Shown piece after piece: positions 35,210 through 46,434 of a stretch of 56,238 nt of DNA. The notes beneath the pieces are model-generated. The model did no database searches. It was not told the DNA's origin and worked only from the letters and a program-made list of their open reading frames with translations. The stretch is taken from positions 1 through 56,238 of the forward strand of contig CALVNM010000004.1 of assembly GCA_944349735.1 (NCBI GenBank), written 5' to 3'. The DNA is from an uncultured Clostridia bacterium (GTDB lineage: Bacteria > Bacillota > Clostridia > Christensenellales > DTU072). The translations under genes and the position numbers were made by a program. Position 1 is the stretch's first letter. Each line of letters starts with the position of its first letter.

Positions 35210-37864
35210 TTATTCGATCCTGAGCGCGTCGACAACGTTCTTCCTCGCCGCCGCCTGACTGGGCACGAGTCCGCTGAGAACGGTAAGACCGAGACTCAGG
35301 AGAACGAGCAGCAACGCGTGCAAAGGATTGAGCGACAATAAGCCGTATACGCCCGAAGCGTTGCCGATAAGCACGTTGGCGAGCGGTACGAGTGCATAAG
35401 CTATGGCTATACCCAACACGCCGCTGAACAGACCGATTATCGCGGTCTCTGCGTCGAACACCCTGGAAATGTCGCGTTTGCGCGCTCCGAGAGAACGGAG
35501 TATCCCTATCTCTCTCGTGCGTTCGACAACGGAGTTGCTCGTTATTATCGAGATCATCACGCAGGACACTATAAGCGAGATCGAAGCTACCGCTATCAGC
35601 ACGTACGTCATCAGATTGAGCATCACCCTCATGTTGTGGATAAACATCTCGGACACGTCGAAGTATTCTATATTCCCGCCCTGATCGTTCCATGCGTCGA
35701 TATATTTGGTTATATCAGTCTTGGTATTGAAATCCTTGGGATAGATATTCATGAATACCGGAGTGGTATCAGCGCCTATGGCTTTGAGTTTCTGCGTTCT
35801 GCCGAGACCGCTAGTCATAAATCCGAGCAAATCTCCGGACGCGCTTATACCGTAATCTTTGCCGAGCGAACCGCCGAGAACGTAGGTACCTGTATTGGGA
35901 TCGGCGTCGAGTAAGGCTCTCTGCGCCCTTGCTACCTCAGAATTTCCCGCATTGGCAAGGCAATATTCGCCGAGCTCGGAAGTGTAGCATAACGACGTGC
36001 TTACGAGCGAGACCATCGCGTCGGGCTTGGCGCGCAGAACTCCAACCACTTTGAGCGTGACGTTGGACGGATCGTTGTACAACTCTTCGCTCGCCGCCTT
36101 CTTCTCAAATCTGGTATCGCTTACCTTGGTATAGTACGTGTCGTTGGGAACGAGCTTAAGTTCGTATCCGATTATTTCACTGAACGACATGCTCTCTTTA
36201 CATATCGGATCGCCGTTACCGTCAAATAAAACGGCTCCCGTTGCTTCATCGCGCTGATAAACGTCCACGCCGAACTGCGCCAGCGCCTCGGCGTCGATGT
36301 TGTTGTTGCCGTCCACGACCATGACTATCTCGTTATATGCTTTCGGATATGAACCCGCTATCACGTCGTAATATTCGCCTACGAAATCGGAAGTACCGGC
36401 AAGCTGATACCAGTTGGTAGTCTCGAGTCCGTTGTCTCCGAGGACCTGCGTAGCTATCTGTAAAGCGTTGGTCGTTATCGGTTCCTGAGTGACGTCGCTG
36501 TATACGTAGTTACCGTCATCGTCACGCGTATACGCGAGCATATTCATACGGACGCCGTAATACATATCTAAGGCTTTATACCACGAAGAATCCATTCGCT
36601 TTACGTATTCCACGAATTCTTCGGTTATATCGTTGCGTCCTACGGACTTGGTGATAGCGCTGATCATATCGCTCATACCGCCGGACGAAGAAGAACTCGC
36701 CGTGGTGGGATGGAACATACCGTCGTCGGGGAATTCGTCCGGAGACACCACGTCGGCGTAATTCTCGAACATATCGGTCATGACAGAGTAGTCCATCGAA
36801 TATTCGTAGACCCCTATCGGTACGGTGGCGAGTATGTTCATCTGCATGTTGTCGATAAAAAGATTGAAGCCGTTGGACATCGCCAGCACGAGAGCAAGGC
36901 TTATGATGCCTATGCTTCCGGCAAACGAAGTGAGGAAGGTGCGGCGCTTCTTCGTTATTAGGTTTTTGAAGGAAAGGCTGAACGCGGTACGCGCCTTCAT
37001 CGAAGTCGCCTTGAAAGGCGATTTCTGTCCTTTCATTTTTATACCGAGCTTATTAAGCGCGCCCTGCGCTTCCGCGACTTTTGCGACGAACTTGGATTTA
37101 CGAGAGGCGGAAGCAGCTTCTTCACCATTCGCACCCGCTTCTTCCGAAGCTTTTTCGGCTTCCTCTTCGATAAGATCGGGTTCCCATTCGTAAGGCAACG
37201 TGTCGCTCTCGACAAGACCGTCGTGCAGCTTGACGATACGGGTACTGTACTCGTAGGCAAGATCGGTATTGTGCGTTACCATGATGACGAGTCTGTCTTT
37301 AGCCACTTCCTTGAGCAGCTCCATGACCTGCACGCTTAGCTCCGAATCGAGCGCTCCGGTGGGTTCGTCGGCGAGTACTATGCGGGGATTATTGACGAGC
37401 GCACGCGCGATAGCCACGCGCTGCATCTGACCTCCGCTTATCTGCGAAGGCTTTTTCTTAAGCTCGTTTCCCATGCCCACTCTCTCAAGAGCCGCCGCGG
37501 CAAGTTTATTACGCTCCGCTCTGTCCACGCCGGACAGCGATAGCGCCATAGCCACGTTCTCCAATACTGTGAGGTGCGGTATGAGGTTGTAATTCTGGAA
37601 TACGAAACCTATCGTGGCGTTGCGGTAAGCGTCCCATTGCTCCGCTTTGAAAGACTTGGTGGAAGTATTGCCGATGATAAGGTCGCCAGTCGTGTATCTG
37701 TCCAACCCGCCGATGATGTTCAACAAGGTGGATTTGCCGCATCCCGACGCTCCTATTATCGACACGAATTCGCTCTCTCTGAAAGCAAGCGTCACGCCGC
37801 GCAAAGCGCGCACCGTGTAATCGCCCATTTCGTAAATTTTGGTTACATTTTTGATCTTAAGCAT
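35210..37864 (-). CDS. Fused ABC transporter ATP-binding/permease (MacB/FtsX-like)
   Basis: GASGCGKS, ISGGQMQRVAIARAL, LADEPTGALD, VTHN; TM1, a large extracytoplasmic loop and C-terminal ERTREIGILRSLGA with three TMs. Confidence 0.93.
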   Translation of the reverse strand: MLKIKNVTKIYEMGDYTVRALRGVTLAFRESEFVSIIGASGCGKSTLLNIIGGLDRYTTGDLIIGNTSTKSFKAEQWDAYRNATIGFVFQNYNLIPHLTVLENVAMALSLSGVDRAERNKLAAAALERVGMGNELKKKPSQISGGQMQRVAIARALVNNPRIVLADEPTGALDSELSVQVMELLKEVAKDRLVIMVTHNTDLAYEYSTRIVKLHDGLVESDTLPYEWEPDLIEEEAEKASEEAGANGEEAASASRKSKFVAKVAEAQGALNKLGIKMKGQKSPFKATSMKARTAFSLSFKNLITKKRRTFLTSFAGSIGIISLALVLAMSNGFNLFIDNMQMNILATVPIGVYEYSMDYSVMTDMFENYADVVSPDEFPDDGMFHPTTASSSSSGGMSDMISAITKSVGRNDITEEFVEYVKRMDSSWYKALDMYYGVRMNMLAYTRDDDGNYVYSDVTQEPITTNALQIATQVLGDNGLETTNWYQLAGTSDFVGEYYDVIAGSYPKAYNEIVMVVDGNNNIDAEALAQFGVDVYQRDEATGAVLFDGNGDPICKESMSFSEIIGYELKLVPNDTYYTKVSDTRFEKKAASEELYNDPSNVTLKVVGVLRAKPDAMVSLVSTSLCYTSELGEYCLANAGNSEVARAQRALLDADPNTGTYVLGGSLGKDYGISASGDLLGFMTSGLGRTQKLKAIGADTTPVFMNIYPKDFNTKTDITKYIDAWNDQGGNIEYFDVSEMFIHNMRVMLNLMTYVLIAVASISLIVSCVMISIITSNSVVERTREIGILRSLGARKRDISRVFDAETAIIGLFSGVLGIAIAYALVPLANVLIGNASGVYGLLSLNPLHALLLVLLSLGLTVLSGLVPSQAAARKNVVDALRIE

Positions 37865-37894
37865 CTGACAATCTCCGGTCTTTTTCTTGACGGC

Positions 37895-38239
37895 TTACGC
37901 CATTTTCTCGGAAAGCTTTTCGCCGCCGAGTATGTGTATGTGCAGATGATTCACGCTCTGGCAACCGTTTTCTCCTTTATTGGAAACGAGTCTGAATCCA
38001 TCCTTAAGCCCGAGTTCGTCGACAAGCGTCGAGAGTTTCTTGAGACATTTCCCGAGAATGATCGCGTCGTCCTCGCTCATTTCGACGATATTTGCGTAAT
38101 GCTTCTTGGGTAAAAGCAGATAATGTTTCGCGGCTTGCGGGTTCACGTCCGCTATAATGACCATGTCGTCGTCTTCGTAAAACTTCTTAGAAGGAATTTC
38201 GCCTGCGATGATCTTGCAGAAAACGCAATTATTTTCCAT
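37895..38239 (-). CDS. Histidine triad (HIT) nucleotide-binding protein
   Basis: CVFCKII.GEIP and HLHIHILGG. Confidence 0.95.
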   Translation of the reverse strand: MENNCVFCKIIAGEIPSKKFYEDDDMVIIADVNPQAAKHYLLLPKKHYANIVEMSEDDAIILGKCLKKLSTLVDELGLKDGFRLVSNKGENGCQSVNHLHIHILGGEKLSEKMA

Positions 38240-39485
38240 AGATTTCTCCTTTGATTCCGTCGCGGAATTTTTCTTTCGGGATTATTATAGCATACTTCGG
38301 AGCGTTGTGCGAATCAATCTCGGTATATATATGTAAATAATACTGGCTGTAGCCTGTCAAAAAGCCTTTGGCTTTTTCCTCGAAAAGAGTTTTCTGCGGA
38401 ACGTTCATCATCGAATCGATATACGCATCGCGTAATTCGTTGCGTACCGCGCTCAGACGTTGTTTCCTTTCGCGCACCTCGGAAGGATCGAGCGGCGCTA
38501 GCTTGGCAGCCCTCGTACCCTCTCGAGCCGAAAACGGGAATATGTGCAGATCCGAAAATCCCGCTTCGCGCACAAACCGCTCGGTATTTAGGAAAGCTTC
38601 GTCGGTCTCCGTGGGATAGCCGACTATGACGTCGGTGGTCACGGCGGCAAGCGGAAAATATTTACGGATGAGTTCTACTTTTTCGAGGTATTCTCGGGTA
38701 GTATATTTCCTGCCCATGTCCTTCAGCACGCCGTCGTCGCCGTTCTGTAAAGACAGATGAAAATGCGGACAGAATTCTCTGAGATTCCCGAGCGCTTCGA
38801 GGAGTCTTTCGTTTACTCCTTCGACGTAAAATGACCCGAGCCTTATCCTTGCGGGAACAAGAGAAATACGTTCGACGAGTTCGGCAAGAGACGTTCCGGT
38901 ATCCGCGCCGAAACGGGAAAGGTTTATCCCGGTAAGCACTATTTCGCCTGTCTTACCGGATAATTCCTCTATCTCGCTTACGCAAGCGTCGAGATCTCTC
39001 GATCTCGATCTGCCTCGAAGGTAAGGAATTATGCAATATGAACAGAAATTATCGCACCCGTCCTGTATCTTGACGTATGCTCTGGTGCGGCTCAGGTCGG
39101 GAGCGCGCTCGGGCTCCTCGTAAACGTCGGGGCGTCTGTCGTTCACGGTAAAGCCTGTATCGAGGTTATCGAGAATAGCTTTCTTGTCCGCGACTCCGGA
39201 AACGTATGCAACCCCCGAAGCGATATAGAATTCTTTGTTTTTCTCGGAGGCGCAGCCCGTGATCATTATTCTGGCGGAAGGGTTATGCTTAAGGCAACGC
39301 GAAATGATCTGCCTCGACTTCCGCTCCGCTTCGCCGGTGACCGCGCAGGTATTGACAATATACAAATCGGCGTATCCGAGTTCATCGGACACGCCGTATC
39401 CTCTCGCTTTTAACTCCGCGGCGAGAACGTCGCATTCGTACTGGTTGACCTTGCAACCGAGATTGAATATTACCGCCTTTTTCAC
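38229..39485 (-). CDS. mtaB: tRNA t6A37 methylthiotransferase
   Basis: NLGCKVNQYE, NTCAVT, KIQDGCDNFCSYCIIP, HFHLSLQ; position in the dnaK operon. Confidence 0.92.
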   Translation of the reverse strand: MKKAVIFNLGCKVNQYECDVLAAELKARGYGVSDELGYADLYIVNTCAVTGEAERKSRQIISRCLKHNPSARIMITGCASEKNKEFYIASGVAYVSGVADKKAILDNLDTGFTVNDRRPDVYEEPERAPDLSRTRAYVKIQDGCDNFCSYCIIPYLRGRSRSRDLDACVSEIEELSGKTGEIVLTGINLSRFGADTGTSLAELVERISLVPARIRLGSFYVEGVNERLLEALGNLREFCPHFHLSLQNGDDGVLKDMGRKYTTREYLEKVELIRKYFPLAAVTTDVIVGYPTETDEAFLNTERFVREAGFSDLHIFPFSAREGTRAAKLAPLDPSEVRERKQRLSAVRNELRDAYIDSMMNVPQKTLFEEKAKGFLTGYSQYYLHIYTEIDSHNAPKYAIIIPKEKFRDGIKGEIYGK

Positions 39486-40411
39486 TTTTCGTCACCGCCG
39501 ACGGTAAACTCGAGTCCCCACCATTCTCCGAGGTTCTCTGCGCGGCTAAGGACGAATCCGAGCTTCTCGTAAACTTCGATCACGTCCTCTTTGCGCGAAT
39601 CGATTATTCCGGAACAGACGAGTATGCCGCCTTCTTTGATGTGCGCACTCACGCCTTTCGAAAGTCTGATAAGAATATCCGCGGTAAGATTTGCCGTCAC
39701 TATGTCCGCGCGGACGTCGAGATCTTTGACGAGATCGGTACACGCGGCGGTGACACCCTTGGTTATTCCGTTCAGTTCGGCGTTCTCGTAAGCCGCTCTG
39801 ACCGCCTCGGGATCTATGTCCGTCATGTAAACTTCTTCGGCTCCCGATTTGGAAGCGGCTATCCCCAGTATACCGGAACCGGTACCGACGTCGAGAACGT
39901 GTTTCCCGCAAAAATCCAGCTCCGACATCAAAATAAGACAAAGTTGCGTACTTTCGTGCGCACCCGTACCGAAAGCGGTTGCGGGATTTATCCTGATGAC
40001 TTCTTTTGCGTATCCTTCAGTATCGAGCCATTCCGGAAGCACGACGAAACGTCCCGCTTCGACGGGCGTATAGTAACTTTTCCAATCGTTTTCCCAATCG
40101 GCTTCCTCGACGTCCTTTACGTCGATACGCATTTCATCGGAATCGTCTCCCAAAATAAGGGATAACAAATCCTTAAGTTTGGATACCGTATCTTCGATAT
40201 TATTGCCTTCGACGAAGCCGGTGACGCGTACCGCGTCGTCCGCAACGGTCAGGCTGTCGTCAACGTAATCCCAGTTCGTAGAGCTGTTGAGGACCTCGTT
40301 AAGGTCGCCCGGATCGGATATGCTCACTCCGCTCGCTCCCAGGCTCCAAAATGCGTCCGCTACGAAATCGGCATATTCGGCTGTCGTGGTAACCGTTATC
40401 TCTTTATACAT
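39482..40411 (-). CDS. prmA: Ribosomal protein L11 methyltransferase
   Basis: DWENDWKSYY, PATAFGTGAHEST, LDVGTGSGIL, ANLTA, SGII. Confidence 0.95.
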   Translation of the reverse strand: MYKEITVTTTAEYADFVADAFWSLGASGVSISDPGDLNEVLNSSTNWDYVDDSLTVADDAVRVTGFVEGNNIEDTVSKLKDLLSLILGDDSDEMRIDVKDVEEADWENDWKSYYTPVEAGRFVVLPEWLDTEGYAKEVIRINPATAFGTGAHESTQLCLILMSELDFCGKHVLDVGTGSGILGIAASKSGAEEVYMTDIDPEAVRAAYENAELNGITKGVTAACTDLVKDLDVRADIVTANLTADILIRLSKGVSAHIKEGGILVCSGIIDSRKEDVIEVYEKLGFVLSRAENLGEWWGLEFTVGGDEK

Positions 40412-40429
40412 TATCGAGCGCTCTCCTCT

Positions 40430-41584
40430 CTAATCAAGGGATTTGAGTTTCTTCCTGAATTTTTCCACGTCCTCGTACTGGGCGCTCTGATCGAGCTTAT
40501 CGAAATACTCTTTAAGCTCTTTACGCTGACGCACGCCGATATTGCGGGGAATATCCACCTTGACCGTGATGACTATATCGCCGTACACGTTGCGGCGAAG
40601 ATCTTTTACGCCCTTGCCTTTCACTTTGATAACTGTGCCGTTCTTGATTCCGGCGGGTATCTCCACGCGCGTCGGCTTATCGAGAGTAGGTATTTCCACG
40701 ACGTCGCCGAATATCGCCTGGGTCACAGTGACGGGCATATCGAACATTAGGTCATTGCCTCTTCGCGTGAACAAAGGATGCGGTTTGATGCGGAATACGA
40801 CTATGAGATTGCCGTTGGGACCGCCGTTATACCCCGCGTTTCCTTCGTTACGCACGTTGAGCATCTGCCCGTTATCCACTCCGGCGGGTATGTTGATGCT
40901 TACGGTGCGCTTCTTGCGTACTCTGCCCTTACCTTTACATTCGGGGCATGGATCCATGATTATCTTACCGGTACCGCCGCACATGTCGCAGACTCTCTCC
41001 GTCTGCATCACGCCGAGCATGGTACGCTGTTGTACGACCACTCGTCCCCTGCCGCCGCACTTAGTACAAACTTTTACGGAATCTTTATCCTTTGCTCCCG
41101 TGCCGCCGCAGACGGAACACTTCTCTACGCGTGTATAAGTGACCTCTTTCTTAGCGCCGAAACAAGCCTCCTTGAAATCGAGCGTAAGTTCCACTTCTAT
41201 ATCGTCGCCGCCGCGCGCCGAAGTCGCGTTGGCTCTGCCGCCTGCGCCGCCGGTAAAGGTATTGAATATGTCGCTGAATATGTCGCCGAATCCGCCGAAT
41301 CCGCCTGCGCCGCCGCCGAACGGGTTGAATCCCGCTCCGCCCATAGTGGGACCGTCTTCGCTGCCGTATTGGTCGAAAGCGGCTTTTTTCTGAGGGTCGC
41401 TCAATACGTCGTAGGCATACTGTATCTCCTTGAATTTAGCTTCCGCTTCGGCTTTTTCCTTGTCGCTCGCGGTAGCGTATACGTCGGGATGATACTTCTT
41501 CGCCAAACGACGATACGCGGACTTTATTTCGTCCGCGCTCGCGTTTTTGTCGACGCCCAGAATGTCATAATAGTTTTTAGCCAT
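40430..41584 (-). CDS. dnaJ: Chaperone DnaJ
   Basis: J-domain HPD, G/F-rich region, four CxxCxGxG repeats. Confidence 0.97.
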   Translation of the reverse strand: MAKNYYDILGVDKNASADEIKSAYRRLAKKYHPDVYATASDKEKAEAEAKFKEIQYAYDVLSDPQKKAAFDQYGSEDGPTMGGAGFNPFGGGAGGFGGFGDIFSDIFNTFTGGAGGRANATSARGGDDIEVELTLDFKEACFGAKKEVTYTRVEKCSVCGGTGAKDKDSVKVCTKCGGRGRVVVQQRTMLGVMQTERVCDMCGGTGKIIMDPCPECKGKGRVRKKRTVSINIPAGVDNGQMLNVRNEGNAGYNGGPNGNLIVVFRIKPHPLFTRRGNDLMFDMPVTVTQAIFGDVVEIPTLDKPTRVEIPAGIKNGTVIKVKGKGVKDLRRNVYGDIVITVKVDIPRNIGVRQRKELKEYFDKLDQSAQYEDVEKFRKKLKSLD

Positions 41585-41612
41585 TGTCTGTTTGTCCGTT
41601 AAGGTTTATTTA

Positions 41613-43463
<1,851 letters not shown>

Positions 43464-43470
43464 TTATTCG

Positions 43471-43505
43471 GTCGGATATTCCGCAATCACTTACGGATGC
43501 CCGGC
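43471..43505 (-). other. Intercistronic stem-loop between grpE and dnaK
   Basis: UCCGUAA-GUGA-UUGCGGA (GNRA loop) with an extendable outer stem and no U-tract; possible mRNA stabiliser or processing site. Confidence 0.4.
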
Positions 43506-44147
43506 TTAATTTGCTACTTTAACCATGGCGTAACGTATGACTTTACCGTTACGTTTATATCCTTTGCGGAGTACTTCAACGACTTTACCGGCGTTCTCGG
43601 AGTCCTCGGTCTGCATAACGGCGTTGTGTAACGAAGGATCGAATTCCGCTCCCAAAGCCTCTATTTCTTCCACTCCGTAATGCGCGAATACTTCCGCGAA
43701 TTTCTTCCTTATCAGCTCCACGCCCGCTTTCGTAGCTTCGTCCGCTATCATACCTATGGCGATCTCCACGGTATCGAGCACCGGAAGCATCTGAAGTATC
43801 GTGTCGTTTACTCCGTCGGCGCGCGCCTGTTTGACGGCTTCCGCATTGCGTTTACGGTAATTGTCGAACTCTGCCTGCACGCGTTGCAAAGTGTCTTTAT
43901 ATTCTTCCATTTTGCTCTGCGCGAGAGCCACGATGTCTATATCGTCCGCTTCGGAATTTTCGGAAACGTCGGCTCCTTTTTCTTCCGTTACGGGAGCTTC
44001 TGTTTCTGCATTTTTTCCGACGACACCGGCGCTTACCGAGTCGGCCGCCGCTTCGGCGCCGACATCGTTGACGGTCTCGGCTTTGAGATTTTCGTTCTCG
44101 GCTGCGCCTTCCTGTTTCTTTTTATTGTTCATCGTTTTCTCCTTCAT
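43506..44147 (-). CDS. grpE: Nucleotide exchange factor GrpE
   Basis: RVQAEFDNYRKR, FDPSLHNAV, KGY...VIRYAMVKV. Confidence 0.96.
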   Translation of the reverse strand: MKEKTMNNKKKQEGAAENENLKAETVNDVGAEAAADSVSAGVVGKNAETEAPVTEEKGADVSENSEADDIDIVALAQSKMEEYKDTLQRVQAEFDNYRKRNAEAVKQARADGVNDTILQMLPVLDTVEIAIGMIADEATKAGVELIRKKFAEVFAHYGVEEIEALGAEFDPSLHNAVMQTEDSENAGKVVEVLRKGYKRNGKVIRYAMVKVAN

Positions 44148-45171
44148 TGCCTTCTATCGCGGTATTGAGCGCGTTACCGATATAAGAGAGGACCGACATG
44201 ACCTTGCTGTAGTCCATCCTTTCCGGTCCTATGACGCCGGCATGCCCTATCTCTCTGCCGTTTACCTTGTATTTAGCGGTTATTACGGCGCATTTATCCA
44301 TTCCTGCCGTCTCGTCCTTCCCTATCTTGACGCTGAACTCGATGTCCTCTGCGGAATCCACGAGAGCGCCGATGAGGCTCTTGTTGTCGATGATACTCAG
44401 GAAGCGCTTTGCGCTCGTCATATCCGCCTCGGGATAACTGAGCATCTTGCTCGCGCCTTCCATGAATACGCTCTCGTCGTTCACCGAGCAGTAAGTCTCG
44501 ATTATCGCCATGACGTTGTCGAAAAGCTCTTTGAATTCTTTAAGCTCTCTTTCTACGCTCGCGTCGGCGAGATGCAGTTCTCCCACTTTGCAACCGGCGA
44601 ATATCTTATTGAGCATCAGAGTCGCGCTTGCTATGAACTCGTCGTCCACAACGTTATTGAGTTTGATGACCTTATCGCGTATGATGCCCGAATCGGTGAT
44701 GATGATAACGAGCGCGCTGTGTCCGTCGAGACCTACGAGTTTGATCTCCTTGATTACCACGGTATCGATATTCTTGATAACGATGACCGAAGTGTAATTG
44801 GTAACGTCGCTTATGACTTTAGCGGTGGTCTTGACGATGTCCTCCACGGCGTTGAACTTAGCGGAGAAACTGGCGTCGATCATCGCGATGTCCTGTTTCT
44901 TGAGCGGACGTCTGTCCACGAAATATTCCACGTAATATTTATACGCTTTCGAAGTAGGCAACCTGCCTGCCGAAGTATGCGGCTGAGCTAGGTATCCCAT
45001 ATCCGAAAGAGCCGCAAGTTCCGCGCGTATCGTGGCGGAGCTTATATCGGAGAAATACTTGCTCTGAAGTTCGCCGGACGATATCTGTCTCGCGTCCTTG
45101 ATGTATTCCTCTACGACGGCTTTCAGTATTCTGTGTTTTCTTTCAGGCAATCTTCCGCTCATGGTTGGCAC
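44122..45171 (-). CDS. hrcA: Heat-inducible transcription repressor HrcA
   Basis: ILKAVVEEYI, SSATIRAE, QPHTSAGRLPT, GVIGPERMDY; the start could instead be ATG 45162. Confidence 0.96.
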   Translation of the reverse strand: MPTMSGRLPERKHRILKAVVEEYIKDARQISSGELQSKYFSDISSATIRAELAALSDMGYLAQPHTSAGRLPTSKAYKYYVEYFVDRRPLKKQDIAMIDASFSAKFNAVEDIVKTTAKVISDVTNYTSVIVIKNIDTVVIKEIKLVGLDGHSALVIIITDSGIIRDKVIKLNNVVDDEFIASATLMLNKIFAGCKVGELHLADASVERELKEFKELFDNVMAIIETYCSVNDESVFMEGASKMLSYPEADMTSAKRFLSIIDNKSLIGALVDSAEDIEFSVKIGKDETAGMDKCAVITAKYKVNGREIGHAGVIGPERMDYSKVMSVLSYIGNALNTAIEGNEGENDEQ

Positions 45172-45187
45172 TTTCTTTCAGTCATTG

Positions 45188-45214
45188 TTAGCAATCATAT
45201 TCGTTGACTGCTAA
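45188..45214. promoter_or_regulatory. CIRCE operator (HrcA binding site)
   Basis: TTAGCAATC-N9-GACTGCTAA against consensus TTAGCACTC-N9-GAGTGCTAA, located between the promoter and hrcA. Confidence 0.92.
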
Positions 45215-45218
45215 CGCT

Positions 45219-45247
45219 ATTATATTCACTATTATCACCGTTGTCAA
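45219..45247 (-). promoter_or_regulatory. Consensus sigmaA promoter of the hrcA-dnaK operon
   Basis: Perfect TTGACA-N17-TATAAT. Confidence 0.9.
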
Positions 45248-45286
45248 CAGATTGAAACAAATTTTCGTGAAAATTTTGCAAGCGAG

Positions 45287-45307
45287 AAAAAAACGCGTTT
45301 ACACGCG
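45287..45307 (-). terminator. Probable intrinsic terminator after hemW
   Basis: CGCGT-GTAA-ACGCG followed by T7. Confidence 0.6.
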
Positions 45308-45318
45308 AAAAACGAAGG

Positions 45319-46434
45319 TCAGATCATAAATTCCCTTGCAACCGCGCTCTCGAGCAGGAGCTTGTCGTCCGCGATACTCAAGACGTCTCCGCGCCACACG
45401 AGTAAAGGAGCGAGATTTTTAAGAACGTCCGCATAACGCTTGCGGAAATTTATGCTGAATTTTTTGTCGAGCATGGCGGTATCCAGCCCTTCAGCCGTAC
45501 GTAAGGCAAGCATAATATGCTCGAATATCCTCTCATCCTCCGATACCGGCTCTCCGCGTGCGGCACCGCGCCCGAGGCGCTTACCCGAAACGTACTCGAC
45601 AATCGACGCGGGATTTGCGTAACGCACGTCGTCGATCTCGGAATGCGCCGCAGCTCCGAGTCCAATATACTCTTCTCTCCGCCAGTATTTCAGATTGTGT
45701 CGGCTCTCGTAACCGGGCAACGAAAAATTGCTGATCTCGTAGCGCGCCATTCCTCTCTCTCTGAGGCGAGCGTAGACCGCTTCGTACATGTCTACCGTCA
45801 GATCGTCGTCGGGGAGCGCGTATTCGCCGCGCCTCAGAGCCGACGACATCGGCACGGAATCGGACAACTTGAGCATATACGCGGACACATGCTTGACGAA
45901 AGGCAAGACGTCGTCAACTGATTTAGTAGCTTTAGCAACGGTCTGTTCCGGCAATCCCAGCATTATATCCGCGGATACGTTATCGAAACATTCGCATGCG
46001 CGTCCAAGCGCGCCCAACGCGGTCGCGGCGTCGTGACGTCTTCCGGCGACACGAAGCACCGCGTCGTCGGTACATTGCACTCCCATACTCAGCCTGTTTG
46101 CGCCGAGCGCCCTTAAAGCTCTGTAAGGGTTGTCGTCGTCCGGATTGACCTCCACCGTAAATTCGTCGAGATCGAGGAGGAAATATCTGTCAAGCGCGTT
46201 CACAACGCGCTCCAATGCCCTTATACCCGCAAGCCCGGGCGTGCCTCCCCCTATATATAAAGTATCTATCGGAACGTCACCGTATCTCGCGCCGGCTTCG
46301 CGTATTTCTTCGCAGAGAGCGTCAATATAAGACAAAATAATATCGGTATCCGGAGATACCGAGTAAAAGTCGCAATATGCGCATTTCTTTATGCAGAAAG
46401 GAATATGAATATAAATGCCCCTACTCGTTGTCAT
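45319..46434 (-). CDS. hemW: Radical SAM heme chaperone HemW (HemN-like)
   Basis: [35 protein letters not shown]; lepA-hemW-hrcA synteny. Confidence 0.92.
   Translation of the reverse strand: MTTSRGIYIHIPFCIKKCAYCDFYSVSPDTDIILSYIDALCEEIREAGARYGDVPIDTLYIGGGTPGLAGIRALERVVNALDRYFLLDLDEFTVEVNPDDDNPYRALRALGANRLSMGVQCTDDAVLRVAGRRHDAATALGALGRACECFDNVSADIMLGLPEQTVAKATKSVDDVLPFVKHVSAYMLKLSDSVPMSSALRRGEYALPDDDLTVDMYEAVYARLRERGMARYEISNFSLPGYESRHNLKYWRREEYIGLGAAAHSEIDDVRYANPASIVEYVSGKRLGRGAARGEPVSEDERIFEHIMLALRTAEGLDTAMLDKKFSINFRKRYADVLKNLAPLLVWRGDVLSIADDKLLLESAVAREFMI

Noticed and set aside
34797-35693. Track ORFs 34797-35075, 35006-35188 and 35202-35693
   Set aside because: Alternative frames overlapping the real rpsU and ABC transporter genes.
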